A DNA stretch of 64,000 nt, taken from the NCBI GenBank assembly GCA_002633005.1, contig NMRA01000197.1:599580-663579 (forward strand), read 5' to 3'. Position numbers and translations under genes: made by a program. Origin of the DNA: Phoronis australis (taxonomy: Eukaryota; Animalia; Phoronida). Below are positions 51,236-63,872 of the stretch, piece by piece. Each line of letters opens with the position of its first letter. Position 1 is the stretch's first letter. Under the pieces are notes generated by a model. The model made no database searches. It had not been told where the DNA came from and worked only from the letters and a program-made list of their open reading frames with translations.

Positions 51236-54200
51236 TTAGCGACGATTGTCACGATCTTTAGAGCGTGATCGATGCCTGAAAAAAGGGAAGAATGAGACAG
51301 TAATATAAGGAATACCGCGATAAGACTACATTGTGCAACATGCAAAAGCGGCCATCAACATACAAGATGCATTGCTCCTATGCTGTTGGTAATTAAGTCT
51401 GACTTTGTACACATTTTACAGCAGCTGTCAAAAAAAGCCAACAAAACATTTTCTGTAAAGAAGCAGCAAACTCTTGGGGCAAAAATTGTCAGCCAATTTC
51501 TAAGCAATTTCAATTTCTTCATACTTTCAGCCACACTTTCTATGAGGCTGGAGAAATTTCATTTAAGACTATGTAACAGTAATTCACATAAGTTGCATCC
51601 ACACAGACTGTCAGATTTCATCAGAGAAAGAAAAATTCAACTTATCCAAAGGGCTAAGTACTTGAACTCGAACAGCAGTACTACTGAACTGTGTTCGAGT
51701 CAAGTGAAAACCCAATAAATGCATGTCCAATTTCTGCAACTTTTACCATAGCAACAAATTACTGTATACTGTCAGTTATACTTCATAAACACTTTCGTAA
51801 AATTCAAAATTCACAGTTAGCCACCTGCCCTTCCCCATCAAAAGCACAAGCACTGTCTCTAAGAGTTCTTTTCACATGCAAATTATCCTTTTCTCATGAG
51901 CTGCATTCCATTTCTCGTGTGCTACAACTTTTTTCTTACAGCTTTCTGTTTTCATGAATCACAGTTCTTTTGTGACAAAAAATGATGAAAATCAGCACTG
52001 CATGTTCTTGCACTCACTGTCAGTCACATAAGTTACTAAGCCGAGGCTAGTGAACAAACATTATGCACAAGGAAAAAGTGCTATACATGAGAAAAGAAAT
52101 AACCTCGTAGGAAAATAGTGTTTGTGAAACAAATGTCGTGTGAGCAATTACACAATTTGTGTGGAAGTTTCATTTTATAAAAAGAACAAGGTTTTATAAT
52201 TTTACCTATATTCAGCCTGATGTTATTCATAAATATGTCAGTGACTTTTGAGTGTTTGAAATTGCTTGTGTTGTAAACAGACGAGCCAAGCCAGAGCTAA
52301 GCTTTATGTTTACTCAATGCAAAGCTTATGACTGAGCCCACTAGAGGGCACAACAAGTTGAAGCTCAAGATCAACTCGGTATGTTTCCAAACCTCGACCT
52401 TCCACCATGCTGCCGGGAGTCCGAACGAGAACGCGATCTTGACCCAGACCTGAAACACCACAAGAGCCGCGTCAAACACGCACACAACCACTAAATGTGC
52501 TCCTTAAAAATTGCACTACAGTTTGAGAAGTAAAATGAGAGGACTATTTCATAGGTTGATGTGCATGTGGTAATCTCCAGAGGCCCGCTTCACTAAAATG
52601 TCGTAACATTCAGATGTTTTTACAGTCTAAATGAAGACTTGCGACCAATCGTAAGTTTTGGCGCAGGGCTCTGTTTACCCAGTTTAAAAATGCAGCAGTT
52701 ACTTTTAGAGAAACAGGTCTCAGTTGTTCATTTTAATGTATTTCCTAACAGAGTGTAATATACAATGAGATTACATGAGTACAAATGTGTTAACAAATAA
52801 AAAGAAAAAAAGCACTTTCATATCCACACAGATTCAACTTCATTCAATTTTTTGTAAAGTTTGTAGAAAAATACAACTTGACCTTGTGAGAAAACATACA
52901 AACATAAACACAGCAGTACCATAGTGGTTTTCTAAAATAAATTCAGTGTACTTTCTTCCCAATAAAAATCAATCTAAATGTCAAAGATGACTTTAAAGTT
53001 AAGCATAATTCACACCTCCTCAGTATTTTATCAATCTAGGATTTAATATTAATTTTTAATTGAAAAATTTGCACATAAGGATCTTGCCAAAACACTTTTA
53101 CTGATGAATTCGCAAAGACGTCTTAATATAATCTTAATAATTTCACATTTTAATAAACACAGTCTCATTATAGGAAACAAATTTCGTCAATACCATCAGC
53201 AACACAAAAAAATGCATCAGAGATTGCGTATGGTCAACCACAAAATTCCAAATTCTAAAAAGGCACATGTATGCATTGCCTGTGAAATTAGTTGCTAATG
53301 GAAACGGAATCCAGTTGGCAAGAAAAATAGAATCCAATCACAATAAGGAATATCACAAGACTGATTTTATGTGAGTAAAAGGCCTACCAGGGTAATTGGA
53401 TTTTTGCTTTTTTAACCGGCTAAATGAGGCGAAATGCAGCTTTAACAACATAAAAAATTCAAACTACGTACTATTTTACTTAATAAATACCATTAAAACT
53501 AATTAGTATACAGACGCAATGTTCAACCTCAAAGACGTTGTATTATTTAAGACAACATGGCAGCTTTAAGATACTTTAAAAAACCCATAATGCAATAGCA
53601 GCTGGCTTCAGCGACACCTAGTGCAAACAGCAAGAATTTATGACTATAAACAGAACAGAAACCATCCAATACACAGCACACAACGCACAACTGACTGCAC
53701 CACAACTGACATTAATGCGTTGATTGATTGGGATACAGACATTTTTGTGACCTTTACCAGTCCCCACGTGGTGGTTACCTTGACCTTCTGTGACGACGCG
53801 GACTCTGCGACCTTGAGCGAGAGCGCGAACGTTTTGTTCCCGATTTGGACCTGGGGCGCGAAGAAGACCTAGATCTAGACGACCTTGACCTCGACCGTGA
53901 GGAGGACGAAGAAGACGATGAGGATGACCTTGACTTTGACTTGTTTTTCTTACGGCTCGAATCACTTTCACTACCACTTAAATCGTACTTAGACAAATCA
54001 GCATCGTCTCCCTCATCCTGTCAATTAAAGAAACTGCATCAAAGTTCCAATAGACCTGACCTCTGGCAAACCCATCTAACTTTTGACTTGACCAGGTTTC
54101 GACATAAAAAATAGTCTCAAATCATTCCTTAGTGAGACTTCAGGGCTTGGGACAGGATTGACAATTCGTTATTGCTGGAGTCCATGCGCAGTGCATAAAT

Positions 54201-57200
54201 GAGCGGCCGGCCTCGCCACATCATCAACCCTGGCCTGACGCTAATATTAATACATTTCTTTTACATTAATTAGAGTGTTTCACCACCAGCGATGACATAA
54301 GTAACTACCGTACAAATTGTGCAAACTTACATAAATCATACAAGATGCAATGTGTTCATAAAACTGGGAAAAAGAAGAGTGCCACCTTGAGCAAGAATGA
54401 ACAACTACTTGAATATGTCTGCAGCGAAATGATCACTGATCAATTAATGGCTAGCACTGTCAAATTTGATGGATATTCTTAATTTTAAGCATAAAAACCA
54501 AAAACATGAGAATAATCTTCTACTGAAATGCGTAAATTTTGTTCAAAATCTTTAAATCTTTGGAAGCAGTCAGCTTCTGTGAATGAGACCAGACTCAATG
54601 AATACTGTCCAAAAAAACAGGGTGTCTGCACATGAAACAAACAGCACTTGATAAATTCTAAAAAGCAATAAAATCACCCAGTTAGACAAACTTACCTCAA
54701 GTGAAGAATGGCTATGATTCTATGAATCTCAGAACTACCCCAGTGTGCAAACATGCCCGCCACATCCTCCTCTGTGTATCAATACACATCATTCTTATCT
54801 CCATTGCAGGAAAGCTTTAAACCATGATCTCTACACTGCACATCAGTATAACACGCTAGCCAGGCAATTTTGGGAACACGTTAAATCACAGCTATCCTTC
54901 ACCTAAGTCCGTCAAACCACGTAATTTGAACTCGTGAACTAGAGATGGATTGGCTGCTGTTCAACCACTAAGCCTCATGCTTCCACATGATACGAGGTGT
55001 CTATTTCATGAAAAGCGGCATAGCGACAAATTTGGTCTTGAGTTCTCACTTCACAATTACTGAACAATGTTTTTCGTGTAATTACCAGCATGTCGCAACC
55101 TAAAATAATTCATACAAATTATCTCAGTAACTAACAGTTATGTGCATATTCTCCGAGACTTTGTTATATAGCTCAAATGAGATTTAATTATTTTTCAGAA
55201 ATAGTAATGGAAAGCAAGACTAAATTCATGACATACGTCTCAAGTCACTTTTCATTAAACAGAGCCCGCCCTTATAAAAAAAACTTATCCCACCTCGTCC
55301 GAGTCCAGTTTGTACTTGGACACGTCCCCGTCTTCGTCGTCATCATCATCTTCTTCTTCCTCGTCATCGGGTGCTTCCTGGATGATGGACTTGGTCAATA
55401 CCTGCTGGCCGCGGAATTGTTTCTTCTTACGACCAAACTGTAGCCATAGACAGACACAGTTAGCATATAAAAACGATGTTTTGTGAAAAAATCATTTAAA
55501 TGGGCGATAAATCTGCACTTTAAAGATTAAGACAATTCACCACAATGCAATAGTATCAACTCGTTATTGTCTCGGAGAAGTGATTTTAGGTCTGGCAAAG
55601 AACTGTCAATTCGTTATTGCACAAGACCATGCTGAGCAAATAAACTGGAAACTGTGACAGGTCAACTTGTTGAGCCTTGACTCAAGCAATAACCAACTGT
55701 CCATTGTTTCCAAGCTCACAAACCACACCTATTTTGTTTACTTGTCGACACTTTGAAACAAATTACAACACGGAAAGTGATCTAAATCAAAACCAAAATC
55801 TATTTTTTTGTACAAAGGTGGTTTCATAGATGCTTTAAAGAAATTATCGACTTTTTAGAGCATTTTGAGCAAAAACCACCGCACTCTTGATTTTTGAAGG
55901 CTTCGATGCGAAAAACTAGGAGCTATTTCAAAAATCTGAGACAGTTCCCTCGAAATGCCGCAATCAACATGTTGACAAAAGACCACTATGATTGGAGAAA
56001 CAATATTTTTTAAATTTCTGTGCAAAGTCAATTTTTTTTATTAAAAAACACATCTCGTGAAAAATTAAGACAAGTAAATAAGAATGATAAATTTTGTTTG
56101 GAAATGTATTCACCTTTCAAAGTATAATTATGCACTTTGTAGGGGTTAGGGCTAACAGAATTTAAGAAATTTGCACAAAAGTACAACATGGTAAACGAAG
56201 TTCACAGATACCCTAAGAAGAAAACTAAAATTGGGGTGTTATTTTCCTTAATAACGTATTAAGTCACTGGTTAAGTGTTCAAAGGCTTTTAGTTATTAAG
56301 CCTTTATAAACCGGTCTGGTTCATTTACAGTAACGCAGTTAGACTGTACTTTTTAAAACAAGGCATCTCCGTACACAAGGAATGAAACTCAATAAGTTTT
56401 TTTAGAAGAATCGCTTACCTCATCATATTCACTGCCATCATCGTGGGATGTATTTTTGTACTCAACGACCTCGTCGCGCTCCATAAATCCGCCACCAAAA
56501 CCTAGAACGAAATCACGAAACACAATGCCAGAGCCCTTTAGATGGACACAATTCATTAAAAGCAAAAGTCTGCAATGGCTATTTACAGTTAAGTTTCTAC
56601 AAAATCCAAACGAAAACAATTACTGAACGCACCACTTTTTCAGTTCGCTCAGTACTAAAGATGCTCTGAACAACCACTACATGACTGTGTGCTAATAAGG
56701 CTAGCTGAAGATAACTGCCTATTATTCTACATAATGGGCTACCCAGATGAGTTTCTAGCCCAAGTTCGCACTGGAAGACCCTTACATTTGAGCCACAAGC
56801 TCCAGTAAAAACTTGAGGACATTTCGAGCAAAATCTTGAAATTTCGAGTTCAGACTCAAACTTGATGCTGAGCGCATCAAAAGTAAAATAGGATTAGACC
56901 ATAGATTATAGACAACTGACTTACAACTCCGACATTTTCATTATTATCCTAGAGGAGGCGCCACTCTCCTAAATTATCTGTTTCAAATTCCGACCATGAT
57001 TAGCAGACGACGTACTTGACGGAAATAAAACCAGACAATTTGGCCACGTGTCGCTAGTGAATATGACATCATTGCTTCTGTAAGAGCACAGATTTCGTCA
57101 ATTGAAAGTATACGAATTTGGCAGTCCATGTTCTCCAGGTCTATGATGAGACAAATAATGCAAGCCATTACGTACTCCAGCATAAAATAATAGACACTCA

Positions 57201-60200
57201 TCTTGAGTTCCAATAGAAGTAGAATAGAAAATGCCAAATATGATTTTGAGTTCCATTTCACGTACAAAGATTAGACCTCGGGTCCTGGTCTTGAGCAATA
57301 AAGAACTGAATTTTCTCCATGCCCAGAAATCACCTTTTATTTGACGAAGGAACAATTTGAGACCAATTTCATAATGGTAAGTGGCCTAAATTAAATGCTA
57401 GTTTTCGCGACAGATGGCGTATAACCAAAGACTAACTTTAATCAGAACAGGCATTACATTAGCTTCTATGACAGATGCAAAATGGAAACAAATCTCATTA
57501 TTAAAACGGCTACCGGCGCGTCTCACAGTAAACGAACAAGCTAATTGTGTGCCTGGGTAGTGCAGGCGAGACAGTAAACAAGCCACACGTATTACCTGTC
57601 CTACTTTCCACTTTGCCAAATTTGGGCGCGTTGCAAACATTGCAGGTCGAACGACGAGCCCAGTTCACGTTGCCGCAACTGAAATGAAAACATAACGGAA
57701 ATCAGCCACTGGAATATTCTTGAAATCAGGAGAGGACTTGGTTCACAAAGACAAACCCTCCCCAAAACATCATCAAAGTTGGTATGAAAAATGAGAAGTG
57801 CCCTTTGCCTATCACTGCCTATGAACACGCATTCATCATCTCTGCAATGTGACGTAATTGGCCTTCCTTGAAGCTTATTATCAACACTTTCCAAAAGTGA
57901 GAAAATAGAATAGGTAAGCAGTAAGCGATGGACTGAAATTTCTTGAAAAAGCCCCCAAAAAATTTACTTTCGTTCAGGATTTGGTAAAACTGTCTTTTGG
58001 TCATGTGTCAATGTCATTGAATTGTAGTTGCCTCCCACAAATGCGAGGATAAACTGGGTAAACAAAGGGAAAGAATTGAACTTGGTGACTAGCATGTTTA
58101 GCTGTGAGGGGATTATTCCATGAAAGAGGTGCATGGCAGTGAGGGGATTATTCCATGCAAGGGGTGCATGGCAGTGAAGGGATTATTCCATGCAAGGGGT
58201 GCATGACAGTGAGGGGATTATTCCATGCAAGGGGTGCATGGCAGTGAGGGGATTATTCCATGCAAGGGGTGCATGGCAGTGAGAGGATTATTCCGTGAAA
58301 GGGGTGCATGGCAGTGAGGGGATTATTCCGTGCAAGGGGTGCATGGCAGTGAGGGGATTATTCTATGCAAGAGGTGCATGGCAGTGAGGGGATTATTCCG
58401 TGCAAGGGGTGCATGGCAGTGAGGGGATTATTCTATGCAAGAGGTGCATGGCATTGAGGGGATTATTCCATGCAAGGCAGGGAAAGAGTTAAGGACCAAA
58501 AGTAGAAAAATAATGTTCTGCTCACCTATACAAATTATTATTACGGGCCAGACATAGGAGCTTTCTCAAACATCATACGCTAGATGATTTTTTGTGGGGC
58601 TTTTTTGGAAATCGCTAGTAATATGACAGATAGAAACTATTAGTAAAGATATTTCAACATACCTACCTTGCCCAAGCGACACTTTGTGTTCATACGTAAG
58701 TGAAAAGAAAAAGTTCCACAAACGAATAACCTGTGCACTAATGGTCTACCTCGCAAACACACGTAGCCCCTATCATGCAGTAGTATTCCTCACATCATCA
58801 CTGGACATGATTTGGTGGTTTGCAACCACTCATTTTCCATACAAGACTCGTTTTCTCAAAATCACTTTGCAACTTACATGACGCATCACATTCACATCAT
58901 GGCAATAGCTAGCTTTTCTAAATTATTTGGCCAAATAATCACAAAAATAAGCAAATGGCCTGCAAATTCCACTTGAAGAGAATGCAGTGAGCTACCTACT
59001 TGAAATTGAACATGGATCTGAGCCGTGTTTTCATGGTTTCACGGAAAAACAACAGAACAGCAGTATGGCATTTCTTTTAACCCTTTTTCAGAAAAATTGA
59101 CAGTGACATGCTATAAAGACAGCATAATACCTGTTTTGTGTGAATTGGGAAAAGAGGAAGATTAAAACGTGAAAACAGGATGTGCAATTTTTTGAATCCT
59201 TGCTAGGGGAGAACCCTGGAATGGCTAACAATGTCCGCAGCCAACCTCACCTGAGGTGAAAATTGAGTATTGCTTCAGAGAAGGGAATTTTTTCTCGTGA
59301 GGTGAGAATCCCACCCAACTGCCAAAAATGTGCGAGTTAAAGGGGAGGATTTTTTTAATCACTGGAGGCAAATTTTTGGGCAAGACAAGAGGAATTTCGT
59401 GCGATTCAAAAATATTCCTCTACGACTCAGCCCCAAAATGGAAGCATCCAGCACCCTAAAGTATGCAAACAAAACCCATACGTTTTGCACTGCCAGTCAT
59501 CCGCACTAAACAGGCCCTTGCTCTTCTCAGCCATGTGCTTGCCAATTTCCGTCCCGCCTTTCTTCGTCATCTTCTCTGTACTTTTATCTGATGATTAAAG
59601 AGACAATTTCTAATTCTTTCACTTACTAAAGAACTAAAAATTAAATATTTGGCCCAAATTAATGAATAATGCTGCTGTCCATAGCAAAACACTAAATTTT
59701 TCAATTTGTAGAAAAAAGAAAAACAAAACTAGCTAGGTCACTAACCCCTACAAAATCACTAACAATTTTCCTTATAAGTAGGACATTGCATTATCAGAAA
59801 ACACATCCAGCACATTTACGAATCAAAAACGCTTCGGTCAGCCCTGAGGGCATGTCAACCCTTCGAGCATGTGACCACTTCAAAATCAATCGCAGGCCAT
59901 CGCCAATAGAACGCTGAAACCAATACTAAGGTAAGGAAATAGCACTTTGGAAATTTATAAGAGATTGAAAATTCTACAAAGGGCAATAATTTCTCACCCA
60001 TCAAATGAGTACCAACACTAGAATACAATATCACACACTGACAACAACTCTCATACAGGTGGGCATGACTCAAATCATCTGACCACATCACTCGAGGCCT
60101 TATTCAGCTGTACACCCAGGAGCATCAAAAACGGAATGAATTATGATGCAATTTTTCGGGAGGGATGAGGAGAATGAGACAGTTGCTGTTCTTCACTGAC

Positions 60201-62788
60201 TAGCAGCCAGTCACCTCATCACCGTTGGGGAAAATCTTGAATTAAGTACCAAAAGTTTCGATATATGTATCTCCGCGCCAGCTGGATGAACAAAGATGCC
60301 CATCATCAAACTTTACGTACCTTTTCCGCACTTATTACAGCGAGATCTCCGAGAAAAGTTAATGTTGCCACAGCTGGAACGAAAGGAGAATTTTTACAGA
60401 TAAAGTGGCATCTCAATCCCATTAGCTGGCTAAAAACTGAAAATCTAATTGGTCCTTAATCTCATAACATGAGTGATAATAATACCCCTTAGCAATTTGA
60501 AAATCTAATTGGGCCTTACTCTCATAAAATAGGTGTAATAATATCCCTTAGCAATCCAATTTCCATTTCCAACAAGAATGTTGAAACCATCAGCGACTCA
60601 AGAAAACGTTTCCGAGTTCATTGGTGCTGGCCAACTCCAAAAGTAGCAAATTCCAAAATGGCACGTCACATGTATGCATTTCCCTCGACTTGAGTTTGTA
60701 ACATAAACTGAATCCTATCACAGGAAGGAATATTATGAGACCAATTTCATGACTGTAGAAGACCCAATTCAATTGACATGTACGTAACCTTGTGGAAGAA
60801 GAACGGATGATTGAAGAATGGGTAAAAAACGAAATTGGTCAATGGGTAATGCTCAATATGGTAGTGCTGAAAGTTGATGCATAATGAAAAGATAGCTCCG
60901 CAAATTTAGCAGCAGAATAACACAAGAACAGCAAGTTTTTTGGCACCGGTAACTCATTCAATTTACACAAATAAAAATGTAGTTTCTAATGACATTAATT
61001 TTCAGTCAGATTTTATTTGGCCACTGATTAAAACATATCAATGTAAGGCTGTAATTTACAGCTTTTCACTAAGGCTACTACCCAACTAGACAGTATCACA
61101 GTCTCAACTGGCCCCAGTAGACGGTCAGCCTCTCATGTGCCGGAAGCTTTTCGGCTTATTACGTCTTACTCTATTTAAACCATAAAAATCATGTTGTTAA
61201 ATAAGTACCCTTTGAAAAAAGAGGGACACCTTAGAAGGTAGGCAATTACAACGCTTGTGGATCAATGGTGATTGCCTACCCCATGGAAAATTATTCATCT
61301 AAAAATACAGCGAGCAACATCGAATGAAACACGCATATGTACACATAAAATTATAACATATATACCATGAGTCATGTTATAATTTTAAAGTTAGAATGAC
61401 GAAGTAGATGAGTCATTTAATTAAGCATGCTAGTTGACTCCATGAAATTTTGTTATGTAAAGATTTTTGACAGATTTTATTAATTATAATTTAAACTCTT
61501 GTAGTGTCATACAAAGTTATACATATAATATTGACTGCCTCAAATGTTCTGTAATGGCCATGATCTTGGTTAATCAGGCTCTGCTTTGGTGTCGAGGACT
61601 GAAGTGCCAAGCTAGGCCAAAGGTTTAAACTTGACGAAGCACTTTCTAAAGTCGACGCGCATTTTCCAAACTCGACGCAGCAAAAACCAAACTCGTCACA
61701 GCGTCGAGTTAAAACAGGTCGTGGAGAACACTGATGACTCTGGAGACAGTTTCTTCAACATTATTTGAAAATATCTATGAAAATCACTCGTGCTTCCCTC
61801 ACCGGATGCCCTTTTGTGGAAGTTACCTGAAATGACACCTATAGGCAAACAAAAAGTCCAAGGGAAACAAATCGCACAAATCTTCCCATGCTACTTTTTG
61901 CGAGCATCATGCGCCTCATCACGCGATTCGCTAAGTTTCATGCTTGTCAATGCCCCACTTGCGGCGACCCAAAAGGGAGTTGGAATTCTTCACGAAAGTT
62001 ATCTTTATTTAATTCATGGAAACATGCTTTATTAATAGACAATTTTAAGTTTTAAATGGGTTTTTGAGGTGAAAACCACTTATTCGATGACTTTATTTCG
62101 GCTAGTGCCCGTTTAAAATAAACAGGATGAAATTAGCAAGGAAAGTGATGGGGAGGACTGTAGCCCCTGTACACCCAGCCCAGGGGCTGGGTGTTGCCTG
62201 CTTAGGAAGCCTGTGTTGTCTTTAACTCTTCCCAGCTCGAACATATATTCCCGCAATCGTGATATGGCGTCATAATCCCTGGTGCGGACAGTGTAAAAAT
62301 GACCAACTGAACAAAGGATTGTTTTAAAAAACGTTTGATAGCAGGAGTATTTGTTTGAACTAGGATTAGAGTTAAAAACATCAACAGCTTCTAATCTATG
62401 CATAAAATGTACTAACGACTTGACTTTGATGGTTTAATCAGTGTGAGGCGAATCTGGCCAAAAAGCTCCTGGAATATGGAGGGCCAATGGCACTATGGGA
62501 TGGCCACCGTCTCAACAGGGGCCTGTTGTGACGGTGGCAATGCTTGTAAGGCTACAACTTGTGTTGATGACGTAGTCGTCGTCGGCCCCAGACTCCAGAG
62601 ACGTGAAATTCTGTTCCCCGCGCGCAAACGCCGCTGCGTGTCGTACTTGCGACATATTACCAGATTTTTCGTTCTCTAACACAAACAGCAGGTTCCTAAA
62701 CCAATCACGCCGGTTTAATCACCGACAACTTCTACCTGGGATCGGCGCAAACCCAATCACTTTCAGTCTGTCGAAATTGACCCGACAT
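51236..62788 (-). CDS. ZRANB2: Zinc finger Ran-binding domain-containing protein 2 (ZNF265; two RanBP2-type zinc fingers, acidic region, RS domain), 9 coding exons, 285 aa
   Basis: Exons 62788-62736, 60373-60321, 59587-59482, 57678-57596, 56501-56419, 55437-55294, 54017-53779, 52449-52393 and 51275-51236 are all GT-AG and total 858 nt. Protein [35 protein letters not shown]...GGTEIGKHMAEKSKGLFSADDWQCKTCGNVNWARRSTCNVCNAPK...GFGGGFMER...EYDEFGRKKK...SKYKLD...RS repeats. Confidence 0.97.
58103..58492. repeat. 35-bp minisatellite (about 10.5 copies), each unit with an internal hairpin, ending in a TTAA-type terminus
   Basis: Unit GTGAGGGGATTATTCCATGCAAGGGGTGCATGGCA contains CCATGCA-agggg-TGCATGG; the array ends in GGCAGGGAAAGAGTTAA. 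Confidence 0.95.
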
Positions 62789-63556
62789 TTTGGCGCTTGT
62801 AGCTGTTACCGCTAGGAGTCGTACGGCAAGACAAAGCCAAACAACATTTTTATTAAACATGCTGAAATTCAACGAATACGAGTATTTTTATGGAAATATC
62901 AAGTTTCAATGCAAGAAGCTGTGAAGACGGCAATAAGTGTAAAATTTTTCAACATCGTACCATAATACTTTAAAATTAAAATATGGTAACTAGAAGTTAT
63001 TGCCGGTGGTACCCTCGGCTCGCTGGTTCCTTGCGTGCCGCTAGGTGGGGCGGTAGCCGTTCTGGCTGAGCTAAAGCATGACGGGAACCAGCGAGGGACC
63101 CTCGGTCGATCTATATCTACCGGCAGGGCCGTAGGAAGCGGGGGGGCCGGGGGGGGCCCGTGCCCCCCCAAAAATTTTCAGCGTATAAGCTTCTGCAACA
63201 TTGTATTTTGATTTGAAGTACAGTTTTCTCAGACTTATAACGAAATTGAAGAATCTGACTTAGTTATCAGAAAAACACCATGGCATAAAAACGGTTGGAT
63301 CAGGCAGCTTTTATTTCGCCAAAGAATCGTTTCCCAAGACTGCAGAACAAGACTTCAAGTTGATGTTTGGCGTCGTCGGCAAAGTGAAGACCTCACGTGT
63401 GTCCGGTAAGTGTTACATTATATCTAGCAGTAGCGCGTGCAGTTCTAAGCTTGAACTTTGGTGTTCAGTGCAAATATTCGAGATGTCGACCACAATGGAG
63501 GTAATTGAGTTTTCTAACGTTGTGGAGTTGTTTTTACTGTTCATTGTGATTGTCGC

Positions 63557-63872
63557 ATGCACGTTATAGCAGGAAACTGGAGTAAATTTCGATCAGTGGT
63601 CACAAATTCTGTAATTTACAGGGCTTTGGAGAACTCGTGGCGTCGATTGGATACGACTCGCAGAAAGCTGGAAGTCTATACGACACATACAGTAAACCTT
63701 GTAACACAAGCTGTTGAATCCCCTCTTTCTACATCTAGTTTGTTGGAAAATGCTCTGATCGACGAGTTCGCAAAATGCATAATTCCCGAATCTCACCAGT
63801 CAACACACGAACCCATTCGCACATCTGGGGACGGCAACTGTTTATTTCGAGCCGCTTCTCTTTGCATAACTG
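63557..63872 (+). CDS. Partial vertnin-like / OTU-like cysteine protease domain exon (gene continues beyond the window or is transposon-borne)
   Basis: IDEFAKCIIPESHQSTHEPIRTSGDGNCLFRAASLCITG contains the OTU-type GDGNCLFRA motif and aligns by eye with the N-terminal vertnin segment. Donor G|GTATAA follows 63872. The start and upstream exon phase are unresolved. Confidence 0.6.

Noticed and set aside
56646-56880. U85-like scaRNA (ATCTTTAGTA-CTGA complementary to U5 loop 1)
   Set aside because: Guide spacing would not target the known U5 C45 site, there is no clear box C, and part of the region resembles a dispersed TCGA-rich repeat seen near 17000 and 19190.
57720-57845. Box C/D snoRNA candidate (ATGATGA...CTGA) in ZRANB2 intron 3
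   Set aside because: The terminal stem is weak and I could not match either guide segment convincingly to rRNA or snRNA; a snoscan run would be needed.
58103-58477. CRISPR-like array of 35-bp palindromic repeats
   Set aside because: Units are contiguous with no unique spacers, there are no cas genes, and it lies in a eukaryotic intron.
62513-62656. 47-codon ORF MSQVRHAAAFARGEQNF... on the minus strand
   Set aside because: It lies inside ZRANB2 intron 1, has no recognisable homology, and is better explained by the GC-rich structured element.
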